From positions 1,895 through 65,894 of the forward strand of contig JAPPQH010000015.1 of the NCBI GenBank assembly GCA_028817035.1: a stretch of DNA of 64,000 bases, written 5' to 3'. The notes under the pieces are model-generated. The model was not told where the DNA came from and did not search any database. It saw only the letters and a program-made list of their open reading frames with translations. The position numbers were made by a program, and so were the translations under genes. Positions 17,263 to 27,414 of the stretch are shown here, piece after piece (position 1 is the stretch's first letter; each line of letters opens with the position of its first letter). The DNA comes from Candidatus Campbellbacteria bacterium. GTDB taxonomy: Bacteria > Patescibacteriota > Minisyncoccia > Phycocordibacterales > JABAAK01.

Positions 17263-18366
17263 ATGTCTCAGAAAAATTTTACATCAATCAAAGAGGGCGA
17301 AAATGTCTTAATCCGTTCTTCTCTCAATGTCCCAATTTCAGACGGCAAGATCCAGAGCACTTTTAGGCTTGAACAATCAGCACGGACAATCAAAATCTTG
17401 TCATCAATGGGCGCAAAGACTATTGTGATAAGCCATTTAGGCAGAGAGGGCAAGTCGCTTGAGAATGTCGCAGAGAAACTATCGGTAAAAAACACCTTTG
17501 TCCCAGACATTTTGGGGGATGTAGCACAGTCGGCAATTCACAATATGAAAAACGGAGATGTTGTCGTCCTTGAGAATTTAAGACAAAACATAAAAGAGAC
17601 CTGTTGTGATAAAGAATTTGCAAAGGAACTTTCAAAATACGCCTCTCATTATGTTTTTGACGATTTTTCTGTCGCGCATAGGAATCACTCATCTGTCGTC
17701 CTCCTGCCTCAGCTTCTTGAGTCATACAGGGGAATTCGTTTCAAAGAAGAGATTTCCGTTTTGTCTAAGACAATCAACCCATCGCCCTCATCACTTTTGG
17801 TTTTGGGTGGCGCAAAGACAGAAACAAAGATACCAATTCTTGAGAAATTTTTATCTCGCTATAAAAAAGTTTTTGTCGGTGGCGTCCTTTTGAATGCCTT
17901 GTTAAAAAGAGCACACTTTTCTGTCGGTCTTTCAAAAGTTGGTGACAAACTTCCAGACAAAAATATTTTTGGTAATCCTAAAATTATCTCGCCTGTTGAT
18001 TTGGTGGTGTATTCAGAAAAAAATGGCGACAGAGTTTGTTCAATCAATGATGTTCAAGAAAATGAGGTCATAGTTGATGTAGGTCCATCAAGCGTGAAAA
18101 ATTTAATTGATGAGGCGAAAAAATCAGACACAATTGTTTGGAACGGACCTTTGGGCTGGTATGAAAAAGGTTTTTTGCAACAGACAAAAGAATTTGCAGA
18201 AGCACTTTTGTCTGTTAAGTCAGAGATTGTCATAGGAGGAGGGGACACCGTTGCTTTAATTTCAGAAAACAATGTTGCTGATAATGTATTTTTATCAACC
18301 GGAGGAGGTGCAATGCTTTATTATCTTTTGCACGAAACTCTGCCCGTTGTTGCGGCTTTGAAATAA
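17263..18366 (+). CDS. pgk: phosphoglycerate kinase
   Basis: SHLGR, LENLR, WNGPLG, GGGDT, STGGGA. Confidence 0.95.
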   Translation: MSQKNFTSIKEGENVLIRSSLNVPISDGKIQSTFRLEQSARTIKILSSMGAKTIVISHLGREGKSLENVAEKLSVKNTFVPDILGDVAQSAIHNMKNGDVVVLENLRQNIKETCCDKEFAKELSKYASHYVFDDFSVAHRNHSSVVLLPQLLESYRGIRFKEEISVLSKTINPSPSSLLVLGGAKTETKIPILEKFLSRYKKVFVGGVLLNALLKRAHFSVGLSKVGDKLPDKNIFGNPKIISPVDLVVYSEKNGDRVCSINDVQENEVIVDVGPSSVKNLIDEAKKSDTIVWNGPLGWYEKGFLQQTKEFAEALLSVKSEIVIGGGDTVALISENNVADNVFLSTGGGAMLYYLLHETLPVVAALK

Positions 18367-18370
18367 AAAA

Positions 18371-18413
18371 GCCCCCACTCAGTGCTTGCAGAAATGCAGG
18401 CACAGAGTGGGGT
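18371..18413. terminator. intrinsic terminator between pgk and a convergent orphan
   Basis: CCCCACTC-AGTGCTTGCA-GAAA-TGCAGGCAC-AGAGTGGGG. Confidence 0.7.
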
Positions 18414-18425
18414 TTGGTGTTGGCT

Positions 18426-19040
18426 TTAGGCCACTACGGGTTCGGAGAGGATGTCAGCGATGACCACCTCGCCCTTCTCCAAGGGAAAGTCTGCTGGTAT
18501 GTCGATGACTTTTTGAAGACTCCAATAGGGTTTCCCATCGACATCTTTTCTGCCAACATGAAAAAGATGAAGCGGACTGAGAAACCTAACCGCTCTCCAT
18601 CTCCTGTATGCCGCAGCATATGATTCGCCATCAGCACACATGTCTTGAAGGTTGCAGACGAGGATGCTTCTAAACTCCTCCTGATCTACATGCCAACTTT
18701 TGTACCAATCACTGCTGTCTCTGTGGACCATACAGTGTGAGGGAGGCTGGCATATGGGGTCGTCTTGACTCATCGCACCCGTTTCCTCAAGTGGTATGTC
18801 AAAACCCATAAACATGCCAGGACTCTCTAAAGAACCAACTTTCTCCGATGCATAGACCCTTTCCACGCCCGCCCAACGCTTCAGACACAATGCCAAATTC
18901 CTTTCGGAAATATTTTCGGCAGTACGAACATCAGCAGGGATAAAAAAGAAGCGTGCAAAACGAAGGTATTCGTCTACCTTGACGACTTGGTCGTCAAGTG
19001 CCTGGCTTTTGCCAGGGTGGTGATAGATACTCATCTCCAT
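18426..19040 (-). CDS. hypothetical protein (orphan)
   Basis: 204-aa ORF, AGGAGG SD, TTGCTT-17-TAGATT promoter. Confidence 0.7.
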   Translation of the reverse strand: MEMSIYHHPGKSQALDDQVVKVDEYLRFARFFFIPADVRTAENISERNLALCLKRWAGVERVYASEKVGSLESPGMFMGFDIPLEETGAMSQDDPICQPPSHCMVHRDSSDWYKSWHVDQEEFRSILVCNLQDMCADGESYAAAYRRWRAVRFLSPLHLFHVGRKDVDGKPYWSLQKVIDIPADFPLEKGEVVIADILSEPVVA

Positions 19041-19103
19041 TCCTCCTATTTTGAAAGACCAGTTCTACCCCAAATCTACCACAAGACCACAAATAAAGCA
19101 AGA

Positions 19104-19136
19104 CCCCCTATAGATTGCGGAGCAATCTATAGGGGG
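19104..19136 (-). terminator. folA terminator
   Basis: CCCCCTATAGATTGC/GCAATCTATAGGGGG. Confidence 0.7.
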
Positions 19137-19142
19137 AATTAG

Positions 19143-19631
19143 TCAGAGCCACTTTCTTTTCAGGGCTTGAAAGACCATTTCGTTTTTGTTTTTTTCATCA
19201 ATCGGGTGAGGAATATTTTCCACCAACTCCCACTCGTTTTGTCTGATTTCGGGAAAGAAAGCATCACCTTCCACATCAGCATCAATCACCGTGCGATATA
19301 GCTTGTCGCAGAAAGGCAGAAAGAGTTTGTAGATCTGTTCGCCACCAATGATGAAGATTGGCTTGTTGCCCAGAAACTTTGACACCCCTTCCTCACTTGA
19401 AACCCACTCAAAACCTGATTGACTGTAAGGACTGCGACTCATAACCACATTTGTGCGATTGGGAAGCGGTTTTTCTATAGAGTTCGCAGTTTTCCTTCCC
19501 ATCACGACCGTGTGTCCCAAAGTAACTTCTTTGAATCGCTTTAGGTCTGCTGACAAGTGCCACGGAGTTTTTCCTTTGAAACCTATCACACGCCTTTCGT
19601 TGTGTGCGACAATCATGTGTATCCTGTTCAC
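19143..19631 (-). CDS. folA: dihydrofolate reductase
   Basis: VIG...PWHLSADLKRFK, VVMGRKT, PLPNR, IIGGEQIY. Confidence 0.95.
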   Translation of the reverse strand: MNRIHMIVAHNERRVIGFKGKTPWHLSADLKRFKEVTLGHTVVMGRKTANSIEKPLPNRTNVVMSRSPYSQSGFEWVSSEEGVSKFLGNKPIFIIGGEQIYKLFLPFCDKLYRTVIDADVEGDAFFPEIRQNEWELVENIPHPIDEKNKNEMVFQALKRKWL

Positions 19632-19734
19632 AAGATTCCTCCTTTTTGTAGAACAAAGTAAGTTTTCATATCACACGAAAACTTCCGACAAAATTATAAC
19701 AACTAAAAAATGTTTCTGCAACTTTCCAACTTTT

Positions 19735-20151
19735 CTACTCAACACTATTTTTTATTTTCTCTGTAATTTCTTCCTGCTCTTTTTCGTCTGCATATTTTGT
19801 ATGTTTTGACGGATTAAAAACGCCATCGTTTTTGAAACGGGGGATTATGTGTGCGTGCAGATGGAACACAACCTGCCCTGCGGATTCATCGTTGTTTATA
19901 ACCACATTTACACCGTCAGCATCAACCGCTTTTTTCACAGCCCGTGACATTTTTGAGATGGTTTCCATAAATGAACCACAATCTTCTTTTTTCAGTTCGT
20001 AAATATTTTTGTATGGAGTTTTGGGAATCACAAGGGTATGACCCTTGTTGTTGGGGTTTATGTCTAAAAATGCGATAGTTGAATTGTCTTCATACACTAT
20101 ACTCGCTGGAAGCTCCTTGTCAATTATCTTTTGAAAGATTGTCTTTTCCAT
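19735..20151 (-). CDS. HIT family hydrolase
   Basis: AGQVVFHLHAHIIPR. Confidence 0.95.
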   Translation of the reverse strand: MEKTIFQKIIDKELPASIVYEDNSTIAFLDINPNNKGHTLVIPKTPYKNIYELKKEDCGSFMETISKMSRAVKKAVDADGVNVVINNDESAGQVVFHLHAHIIPRFKNDGVFNPSKHTKYADEKEQEEITEKIKNSVE

Positions 20152-20195
20152 AATATATAATTCTGGTGGTATAAATATATTATCATAATAGGTAT

Positions 20196-21881
20196 ATGAA
20201 TGACTATCAATTAAGAGAACCGATTTCGCCAAGTATATCAAGCGCGTTGTCTGAATATGACTCTCTTACCAAAATTTTGCTTTCTGCTCGTGGGATAAAT
20301 TCTTCAGAAGAGGCAGAAGAGTTTTTGAATGTGGAATACAAAACTCACGACCCTATGTTGTTTATGGATATGAAAAAAGCAGTGGATCGTTTTAATACCG
20401 CAATTAAAAACAATGAAAAAATAGTGGTGTTCTGTGACTACGATGGCGACGGAATACCAGCTGCCGCTTTGATGTCTTCTTTTTTTCAGCTTATAAAACA
20501 CGATAATGTAATTTTTCGCATACCTGACCGACATAGCGAGGGATACGGTCTTTCTGAAAAAATAGTAGAGGAGTTTGATGATGTATCTCTCATAATACTG
20601 ATTGACTGCGGGATAAGAGATAATGATGCGATAGAAAGTGCGAACAAAAAAGGAATTGACACGATAGTTATAGATCACCACCTGCCTTCAGAGAAATTGC
20701 CCAATGCGTTTGCAATAATAAATCCAAAAAGGGAAGAAGATTCTTATCCAGAAGAAGATTTGTGCGGTTGTGCTCTTGCGTTCAAATTCGTTCAGGGGGT
20801 TCTCAGTGAAAACAGGTATTCTCTGAAAGAGGGCGCAGAAAAATGGCTTCTTGATTTGGTTGCCATCGCGACTGTTGCAGACATGGTTCCTCTTCGTGGG
20901 GAGAACAGGATACTTGCGCGTTTCGGTCTCATAGTTTTGAGAAAGACCCAACGATACGGCTTGCGCTCTTTGATGTCTATCCTTAAACGACCCATACAGT
21001 CAATAACAGAGGACGATATTGGCTTTGTCATCGCCCCTCGGATAAACTCAGCATCTCGCATAGGTGATCCCTATGATGCTTTTAAGATGTTATCAAGCAA
21101 CGACCCTGCAGAAGCACACAATCTCGCCGTCAAACTGAACGATTTAAACAAAAGAAGGCAGGGTTTGGTGGCTTCAGTCACAAAGACCGCAAAAAAGGTG
21201 GCAGAGACAAAAGATAGTTCAATGTCTGTATGGTGTTTTGGACAAAGCGACTGGCGACCCTCAATCGCCGGTCTTGTCGCATCTTCTCTGGTGGATCAAT
21301 ACAACAAACCTGTTTTTGTGTGGGGTCGTAGTGGCAGTGGAACAATAAAAGGATCTTGTCGGGCTCCAAACGGTGTCAATCTTATTGAGATAATGAATAA
21401 GGCACAGGAATCAAAAAATATATTTACAGAATATGGCGGTCATAAAGTTGCTGGCGGTTTTACAATAGATGAAAAAAAACTTTTTGAAGTTGAAGCCGCA
21501 CTGTCTGTGGCATTTGAAAAAATTCCTTCTGAAAGTGAGGAAGGTGAAAAAATTGCAGATGCAGTTCTTTCATTTGATACACTGACTGAGATATTTAATG
21601 AATGTCTGAGTAAGTTTGCGCCTTTTGGTCGTGGAAATGAAAAACCACTTTTTGTTTTTGAGGATGTTTATATTAATAATGTTACAAAGTTTGGCATTGG
21701 TGGAAGGCATGTAAGATATGAGCTCAAAGATAAAAAAGGAAATGTTGCAAAGGGAATATCTTTTTTCTCATCTGTCTTGATTGAGGAAGGTTCTAACACA
21801 ACACTTGTCGCCTACCTTGAAAGTTCCCTAAACTCAAACAAACCAAGTTTAAGAATTATTGATTATAAAAAAACTATATGA
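20196..21881 (+). CDS. recJ: ssDNA exonuclease RecJ
   Basis: DYDGDG, IDCG, IDHH, GGHKVAGG, APFGRGN. Confidence 0.95.
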   Translation: MNDYQLREPISPSISSALSEYDSLTKILLSARGINSSEEAEEFLNVEYKTHDPMLFMDMKKAVDRFNTAIKNNEKIVVFCDYDGDGIPAAALMSSFFQLIKHDNVIFRIPDRHSEGYGLSEKIVEEFDDVSLIILIDCGIRDNDAIESANKKGIDTIVIDHHLPSEKLPNAFAIINPKREEDSYPEEDLCGCALAFKFVQGVLSENRYSLKEGAEKWLLDLVAIATVADMVPLRGENRILARFGLIVLRKTQRYGLRSLMSILKRPIQSITEDDIGFVIAPRINSASRIGDPYDAFKMLSSNDPAEAHNLAVKLNDLNKRRQGLVASVTKTAKKVAETKDSSMSVWCFGQSDWRPSIAGLVASSLVDQYNKPVFVWGRSGSGTIKGSCRAPNGVNLIEIMNKAQESKNIFTEYGGHKVAGGFTIDEKKLFEVEAALSVAFEKIPSESEEGEKIADAVLSFDTLTEIFNECLSKFAPFGRGNEKPLFVFEDVYINNVTKFGIGGRHVRYELKDKKGNVAKGISFFSSVLIEEGSNTTLVAYLESSLNSNKPSLRIIDYKKTI

Positions 21882-22306
21882 CAAACCCGACCTATACAAT
21901 ATACACAGATGGCGCATCAAGGGGGAACCCAGGACCTGCTGGTTGTGGCGCGATTGGTTATTGTGAAAATGGCGCTGAGATGTTTAGGGTCTCTAAGTTT
22001 TTGGGAAACCAGACGAACAATCAAGCAGAATATGAGGCAGTGTTTTTGGGCTTGGTTGAGCTAAAAAGGAGGGCAAAGGATATTAAAGATGTGGTTGTTG
22101 AGGTAAAAATGGATAGTGAATTGGTCGCGAGACAGATCAAGGGGGAGTATCAGATAAAAGAACCCACCCTTTTTCCACCATATATCGCAATTCATAATTT
22201 CATAGTAAAAGAAAAACCATCCATAGTCATAACTCATGTTCCACGAGAGGAAAACAAAGAGGCAGACAAATTAGCAAATCTTGGTATTGATAAAAACGGA
22301 CGATAG
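21878..22306 (+). CDS. rnhA: ribonuclease HI
   Basis: TDGASRGNPG, TNNQAEY, DSELV, HVPREEN..AD. Confidence 0.95.
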   Translation: MTNPTYTIYTDGASRGNPGPAGCGAIGYCENGAEMFRVSKFLGNQTNNQAEYEAVFLGLVELKRRAKDIKDVVVEVKMDSELVARQIKGEYQIKEPTLFPPYIAIHNFIVKEKPSIVITHVPREENKEADKLANLGIDKNGR

Positions 22307-22309
22307 AAA

Positions 22310-23842
22310 ATGTTTAAGTTAGATAAAGTGAGTTTCGCGTTTGTTGCGCTATTGTCATTTTTTGTAGGAATAATCATCTCATTTCTTGTCCTTGATAATC
22401 CGCTGAATGTGTGGGTGTATCTGTTTGTGGTACTTCTCTCCATCACCATTTTCTTGGTCTCTTTTTTCCAGCGTGATAAACCAAAAGAGTTTTCATTACT
22501 TTTGTCGTTGGTCATACTGTCTTTATTTTTTGGCATGTGGCGTGCGCAGTCAGTTCAAACACCTCCAAAACTTCCTTACCCATACGACACGCGCATAGAG
22601 TTTGAGGGGACACTGATAGAAGAAGCAGTTGAAAAGAAAGGAAGAGTTCATCACACAATCGCACTATCAGAAGATGTTTCAGCGCTTGTCATTGGCGGTC
22701 GTTTTCCAAAATGTGAGTTTTCTCAGAAAGTGCGGGTATATGGGAGATTGGAAAAACCAAAAAGTTTTGTTACTGATGTTGGTCGTGATTTTAATTACCC
22801 TACTTTTCTTAAAAAGAGCGGAATTTATTATCTTGTAAAGATTGACGCGAAAGATGAAAAGATAGAATGTCTTGACACGGCAATTAATAAGTCAGAAGTT
22901 TCAACGGCAACATTAACCCTAAAACCTTTGATAAAAATAAAAAAATTATTTACAAACAAAGTTTCTGAAAACATAAATGAACCAGAGGCATCACTAACAA
23001 ACGGAATCATAATCGGTGGCAGAGGCGCAATACCAGAAACCCTTCAAGAAGCGATGAGAAGGTCTGGTGTCATACACATAGCGGTTTTGTCTGGGTACAA
23101 TATATCAATAATCGCGGTTACATTTCAGAAACTATTTATGTTTTTGTCTCTCGGCTTGGCGAATATATTTTCAATCATATTTGTTGCGCTGTTTGTGTTG
23201 ATGGCTGGGGCAACACCCCCTTTGGTAAGGGCGGCAATCATGGCGGCAATCGCGATGTTTGCACAATCAACAGGCAGAACATATTTATCGGGCAGGGCAC
23301 TTTTCTTCGCCGCCGCGGTTATGGTTTTCTTCAATCCTTTTATATTGCTATACGATGCATCTTTTCACCTTTCATTTTTAGCAAGTAGCGGGATAATCTA
23401 CCTTGCGCCAATTTTTAGGGAGAGAATAAACAAATCGGATTCATCAAAATTTTCAAAATCCATAAAAGAAATAGTCATCTTAACACTCGCAACACAGATA
23501 TTTGTTACGCCATACCTTTTGTATACTTTTGGCATGGTTTCTGTTGTTTCTATCCCCGCGAACCTTCTTGTTTTACCAGCAGTTCCACTGCTTATGCTCA
23601 GCGGTTTTATTTCTGGAATTTTTCCACTCCTGCTTGCGCTTCCATTTTTCTATATAACCTACGCGATTGCAAACTACATAATTTCCGTGAGTGAGTTTTT
23701 CGCATCACTGCCGATTGCTGTTTTGGAAATAAATATCGGCTTGTTGATTATGTTCGCTTTTTATTTTGCATTTATACTTACAATCTACCTTTCTTCAAGA
23801 AAGGGAATAAAAGATGAAAATAAAAAGCATTACTTTTTATAA
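22310..23842 (+). CDS. comEC: ComEC/Rec2 competence channel (DUF4131 plus Competence domain)
   Basis: SGVIHIAVLSGYN, RAAIM, SFHLSF. Confidence 0.92.
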   Translation: MFKLDKVSFAFVALLSFFVGIIISFLVLDNPLNVWVYLFVVLLSITIFLVSFFQRDKPKEFSLLLSLVILSLFFGMWRAQSVQTPPKLPYPYDTRIEFEGTLIEEAVEKKGRVHHTIALSEDVSALVIGGRFPKCEFSQKVRVYGRLEKPKSFVTDVGRDFNYPTFLKKSGIYYLVKIDAKDEKIECLDTAINKSEVSTATLTLKPLIKIKKLFTNKVSENINEPEASLTNGIIIGGRGAIPETLQEAMRRSGVIHIAVLSGYNISIIAVTFQKLFMFLSLGLANIFSIIFVALFVLMAGATPPLVRAAIMAAIAMFAQSTGRTYLSGRALFFAAAVMVFFNPFILLYDASFHLSFLASSGIIYLAPIFRERINKSDSSKFSKSIKEIVILTLATQIFVTPYLLYTFGMVSVVSIPANLLVLPAVPLLMLSGFISGIFPLLLALPFFYITYAIANYIISVSEFFASLPIAVLEINIGLLIMFAFYFAFILTIYLSSRKGIKDENKKHYFL

Positions 23843-23849
23843 ATTTTTA

Positions 23850-23996
23850 TTATACAAGGTATACGAAGATTCCAATAAGGACTAAGACAATTATCACAAG
23901 CACTAACAAAAAAACTTTTGAAGACTTTGGTTTCTCAACATAATCCCTATCTTTTCCGCGATTATACCTTTCTCGATGGTGTTTTAGATATACCAT
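23850..23996 (-). CDS. 48-aa tail-anchored membrane protein (not in the ORF track)
   Basis: MVYLKHHRERYNRGKDRDYVEKPKSSKVFLLVLVIIVLVLIGIFVYLV; fills the gap 9 nt after the MBL gene stop. Confidence 0.6.
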   Translation of the reverse strand: MVYLKHHRERYNRGKDRDYVEKPKSSKVFLLVLVIIVLVLIGIFVYLV

Positions 23997-24005
23997 AATA
24001 TTCAC

Positions 24006-24878
24006 TTACTCTTTATTATACCACGCAAACCCATCTGAAACAAAATGGGTCTTTTTATCCTTTGTGTGCAATAAAATAGAGTCGGTGTTTTGGTTTATCC
24101 TGTCTACGACATCTTTGTGCGGGTGTCCATAACGGCTGTTTTCTTCAGCAGATATTATGGAAAAATCAGGATTTACTATACTTAAAAATAACGCATCACT
24201 TGAATGCCTTGACCCGTGGTGGCTTACCTTCAAAATGTCGCTTTCAATTTTTTTACCAAAATTATTTGCTATGGACCTTTCTATCTTTGTAGATATGTCC
24301 CCAGTTAAAAGAGCAGTTGTTTCTCCATAAAGAAGTCGTGCAACAATTGATGTGTCGTTTCTATCTCCCCTCAAAAGATTTTTTTGTGGAGAAATAAATT
24401 CAAGAGTTACTCCATCTGAAAAAGCGAAAACCTGTGGAGAGTCAATAACTATGATTTCCGCCCCCTCGTCTTCCATCTCTTCTGTAAGAGCCCTGTATGT
24501 TGCGGTGCCGCTTTCCACTCCGTTGTGTACAAAATATCTAACTGAAAATCTTTTCAACACATCAACCAGTCCCCCTATGTGATCTGCGTCAGGGTGTGTG
24601 GCGATTAACATATCAATTTCTCTGTCGTTCAATTCAAGAACATCTTTAATTTCTGTGAGAACAGTTCCCGAGTTACCCCCATCAACGAGTATCTGAAAAC
24701 CAGTTGGTGTTTCAATAAAAATAGAATCCCCCTGACCAACATCTAAAAATGAAAGTTTCAACTCCTGTTGCTCCACCTGTCTGTCATTTTCTGAGATATA
24801 GTAGACAAAGTAGGCGATGGCGAGAAGAGACGCGATTGCGAAGATTTGCGAGCAGAGTATGTATTGACTTGTTTTCAT
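24006..24878 (-). CDS. ComEC-like metallo-beta-lactamase-fold nuclease
   Basis: FLDVGQGDS, THPDADHIGG, LLTGD, KVSHHGS, YGHP. Confidence 0.92.
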   Translation of the reverse strand: MKTSQYILCSQIFAIASLLAIAYFVYYISENDRQVEQQELKLSFLDVGQGDSIFIETPTGFQILVDGGNSGTVLTEIKDVLELNDREIDMLIATHPDADHIGGLVDVLKRFSVRYFVHNGVESGTATYRALTEEMEDEGAEIIVIDSPQVFAFSDGVTLEFISPQKNLLRGDRNDTSIVARLLYGETTALLTGDISTKIERSIANNFGKKIESDILKVSHHGSRHSSDALFLSIVNPDFSIISAEENSRYGHPHKDVVDRINQNTDSILLHTKDKKTHFVSDGFAWYNKE

Positions 24879-24928
24879 CGTGCTATACTTAAATATATTA
24901 CAAGAAAATCTGAGAAATAAAAAATAAA

Positions 24929-25519
24929 ATGTCTTACACAAAAAAATCTTTTTCTATACCAGAAATTACAGGTCTATCAAAAGAGCAGATAGACGCTCAT
25001 CTCAAGCTTTATGAGGGTTATGTAAAACACTCTAACCTAATAATTGAGAAAATAGACGAATTGTCAAAAAACAAAGAAGAAAACGCGTATATGATTGCCG
25101 AGCTGAGAAGGCGGTTTGGTTTTGAGTTCAACGGTATGAGAAACCACGAGTATTATTTTGGACACCTTGAGGGTGGTGCACAACCAATGCCGACCTCTCA
25201 ATTAAAAGAAGAGATAGACAAAACATTTGGGTCATTTGATAATTTTAAAAGTGTGTTTAAGAATATCGCCCTTTCAACAAGAGGAAACGGCTGGCTTATC
25301 TTAGCAAAAGACAGAATAAAAAAGAATCTGGTGTTGTTGTGGGTTAGCGATCACGAGATAGGACAATGCACGGACATGCTACCCGTTTTTGTGTTTGATG
25401 TGTGGGAGCATGCTTATATGGTTGATTATGTTCCCGCCCAAAAAGGAGAATATGTTGAAGCATACCTCAACGCTGTGAATTGGGAAAAATTGAGCGAAGA
25501 GTTTGCCAACACTTTATAG
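24929..25519 (+). CDS. sod: Fe/Mn superoxide dismutase family protein
   Basis: NHEYYF, DVWEHAY. Confidence 0.9.
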   Translation: MSYTKKSFSIPEITGLSKEQIDAHLKLYEGYVKHSNLIIEKIDELSKNKEENAYMIAELRRRFGFEFNGMRNHEYYFGHLEGGAQPMPTSQLKEEIDKTFGSFDNFKSVFKNIALSTRGNGWLILAKDRIKKNLVLLWVSDHEIGQCTDMLPVFVFDVWEHAYMVDYVPAQKGEYVEAYLNAVNWEKLSEEFANTL

Positions 25520-25521
25520 TC

Positions 25522-25764
25522 CTAAATAAGTTTAGATTTTGAGAGTGTCTTTTTGACACCACGCTTTCTGATTGTTTTAAGTCCGCGAGCAGAAACTTCA
25601 ATTTTTATTTTCTTTCCTGTTTCTGGGTCAACAAGCGTCTTCTTACACATATTAGTGCTCTTTCTTTTCTTAGGAATAGGGTTGAACTTGGTTGCTCGGA
25701 CACGGTTGCTATAACCACCTGTAACCATGCTTCCTTTTCCAGTTATGGGACATACTTTTGCCAT
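25522..25764 (-). CDS. rpmB: 50S ribosomal protein L28
   Basis: MAKVCPITGK...VSARGLKTI. Confidence 0.9.
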   Translation of the reverse strand: MAKVCPITGKGSMVTGGYSNRVRATKFNPIPKKRKSTNMCKKTLVDPETGKKIKIEVSARGLKTIRKRGVKKTLSKSKLI

Positions 25765-25806
25765 TGCAAAATATAATAGCACTTAAAGAAAATTATTGCA
25801 ATACTA

Positions 25807-26466
25807 ATGTATAATATAGAAATAATGGCTTTGGAAGTTATATTAACAATAGGAATAGTCTTTATGTCGGTTGTCGTCCATGAAATATCTCATGGATATG
25901 CGGCTCATTTTCTCGGAGATCCAACGGCAAAGTATCAAGGTCGGCTCACGCTGAATCCGATTCCACACATTGATATCTTGGGAACCATATTGGTCCCACT
26001 GTTTTTGATTCTTTCACAGGCAGGCATTCTTTTTGGTTGGGCGAAGCCAGTCCCATACAATCCCTACAACCTCCGCGGTGGCGCAAAAGCAGAAGCGTTT
26101 GTTGCGGCAGCCGGCTCACTTTCCAATTTTGCCCTCGCGATAATATTTGGAATTTTGGCACAGGTCGTTGCCTCCGTTGATCCATCCCAGACAGAGTTAG
26201 TTTTCACATTTACAACCATTGTTTTTGTTAATGTTTTGTTGGGTCTGTTCAATTTATTGCCGATACCCCCACTTGACGGCTCTAAAGTCCTTCTCGCCAT
26301 ACTTCCTATGAAAATTGAGTCTGCGTATAAAAAATACATAATCAATCCTTTTGAAAGAATGGGCTTTTTGGCGTTCTTTCTCGTGGTGTTCATATTCATA
26401 TTTCTCCTCGCACAGCCGTTTTTCTTATTTGTGAATTTTGTGACGAGTTTGCTTGTGGGCGGGTAG
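25807..26466 (+). CDS. site-2 protease (M50)
   Basis: HEISH, FNLLPIPPLDG. Confidence 0.93.
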   Translation: MYNIEIMALEVILTIGIVFMSVVVHEISHGYAAHFLGDPTAKYQGRLTLNPIPHIDILGTILVPLFLILSQAGILFGWAKPVPYNPYNLRGGAKAEAFVAAAGSLSNFALAIIFGILAQVVASVDPSQTELVFTFTTIVFVNVLLGLFNLLPIPPLDGSKVLLAILPMKIESAYKKYIINPFERMGFLAFFLVVFIFIFLLAQPFFLFVNFVTSLLVGG

Positions 26467-26510
26467 ATGAGGTTGCATAATCGCGCCTATCGTGGTAAGT
26501 TTTATACATT

Positions 26511-26927
26511 ATGCCTACAATAGGACAATTAATAAAAGGTTGCCGAAAGGCAAGAACAAAAAAGGCAAAGACACTCGCACTTTCGCGTGGTGCTTTCAGT
26601 CCGATTAAAAAACGGATAACAAACTATGAATCACCATTCAAGCGCGGTGTGTGTACTCGTGTCTACACGATGAACCCCAGAAAGCCAAACTCTGCGACAA
26701 GAAAAATAGCAAGAGTGAGATTAACAAACGGAATGGAAATCACAGCATACATACCCGGTGAAGGACACAACTTACAGGAACACTCTGTTGTCCTTGTTCG
26801 CGGTGGTCGGGTAAAAGACATTTCTGTTCGTTATGTTATCGTTCGCGGAGTTTTTGATGCGACAAGCGTTGAGAAAAGAAAAAATGGAAGGAGTTCGTAT
26901 GGAACAAAGAAAGAGAAGAAAGAATAA
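26511..26927 (+). CDS. rpsL: 30S ribosomal protein S12
   Basis: [19 protein letters not shown]. Confidence 0.98.
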   Translation: MPTIGQLIKGCRKARTKKAKTLALSRGAFSPIKKRITNYESPFKRGVCTRVYTMNPRKPNSATRKIARVRLTNGMEITAYIPGEGHNLQEHSVVLVRGGRVKDISVRYVIVRGVFDATSVEKRKNGRSSYGTKKEKKE

Positions 26928-26929
26928 AT

Positions 26930-27400
26930 ATGAGAAAGCCCATAAAACAAAAAAATCAACTTGAGCCAGATCACAGATACAACTCCCTAAAAGTGAGTCA
27001 GCTTATAAACTATGTTATGAGATGCGGTCATAAAGAGCGTGCACAAAATATTGTCTACAAAGCGCTTGATATAACAAAAGAAAAAACAAAGTCAAAAGAA
27101 GCTCTCGCGGTGTTTGAAGAGGCGGTTAATAATGTTGGTCCAAATATGGAGGTTCGTTCAAGGCGTGTTGGTGGAGCAAATTATCAAGTTCCAAGGGAGG
27201 TTTCTCAAAAAAGACGACAAGCCCTCGCGCTCAGGTGGATTGTCGCTTCTGCGCGTAACAAAAAGGGTGCACCTATGTATCAGAAACTTGCAGAAGAGAT
27301 AATCGCGGCAAGTAACAAGGAAGGCGAGGCATTTACAAAAAGAGAAAATACCCACAAGATGGCAGAGGCAAACAAGGCATTTGCGCATTTTGCATGGTAA
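26930..27400 (+). CDS. rpsG: 30S ribosomal protein S7
   Basis: [22 protein letters not shown]. Confidence 0.98.
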   Translation: MRKPIKQKNQLEPDHRYNSLKVSQLINYVMRCGHKERAQNIVYKALDITKEKTKSKEALAVFEEAVNNVGPNMEVRSRRVGGANYQVPREVSQKRRQALALRWIVASARNKKGAPMYQKLAEEIIAASNKEGEAFTKRENTHKMAEANKAFAHFAW

Positions 27401-27414
27401 ATTTGTAGAAAGTT

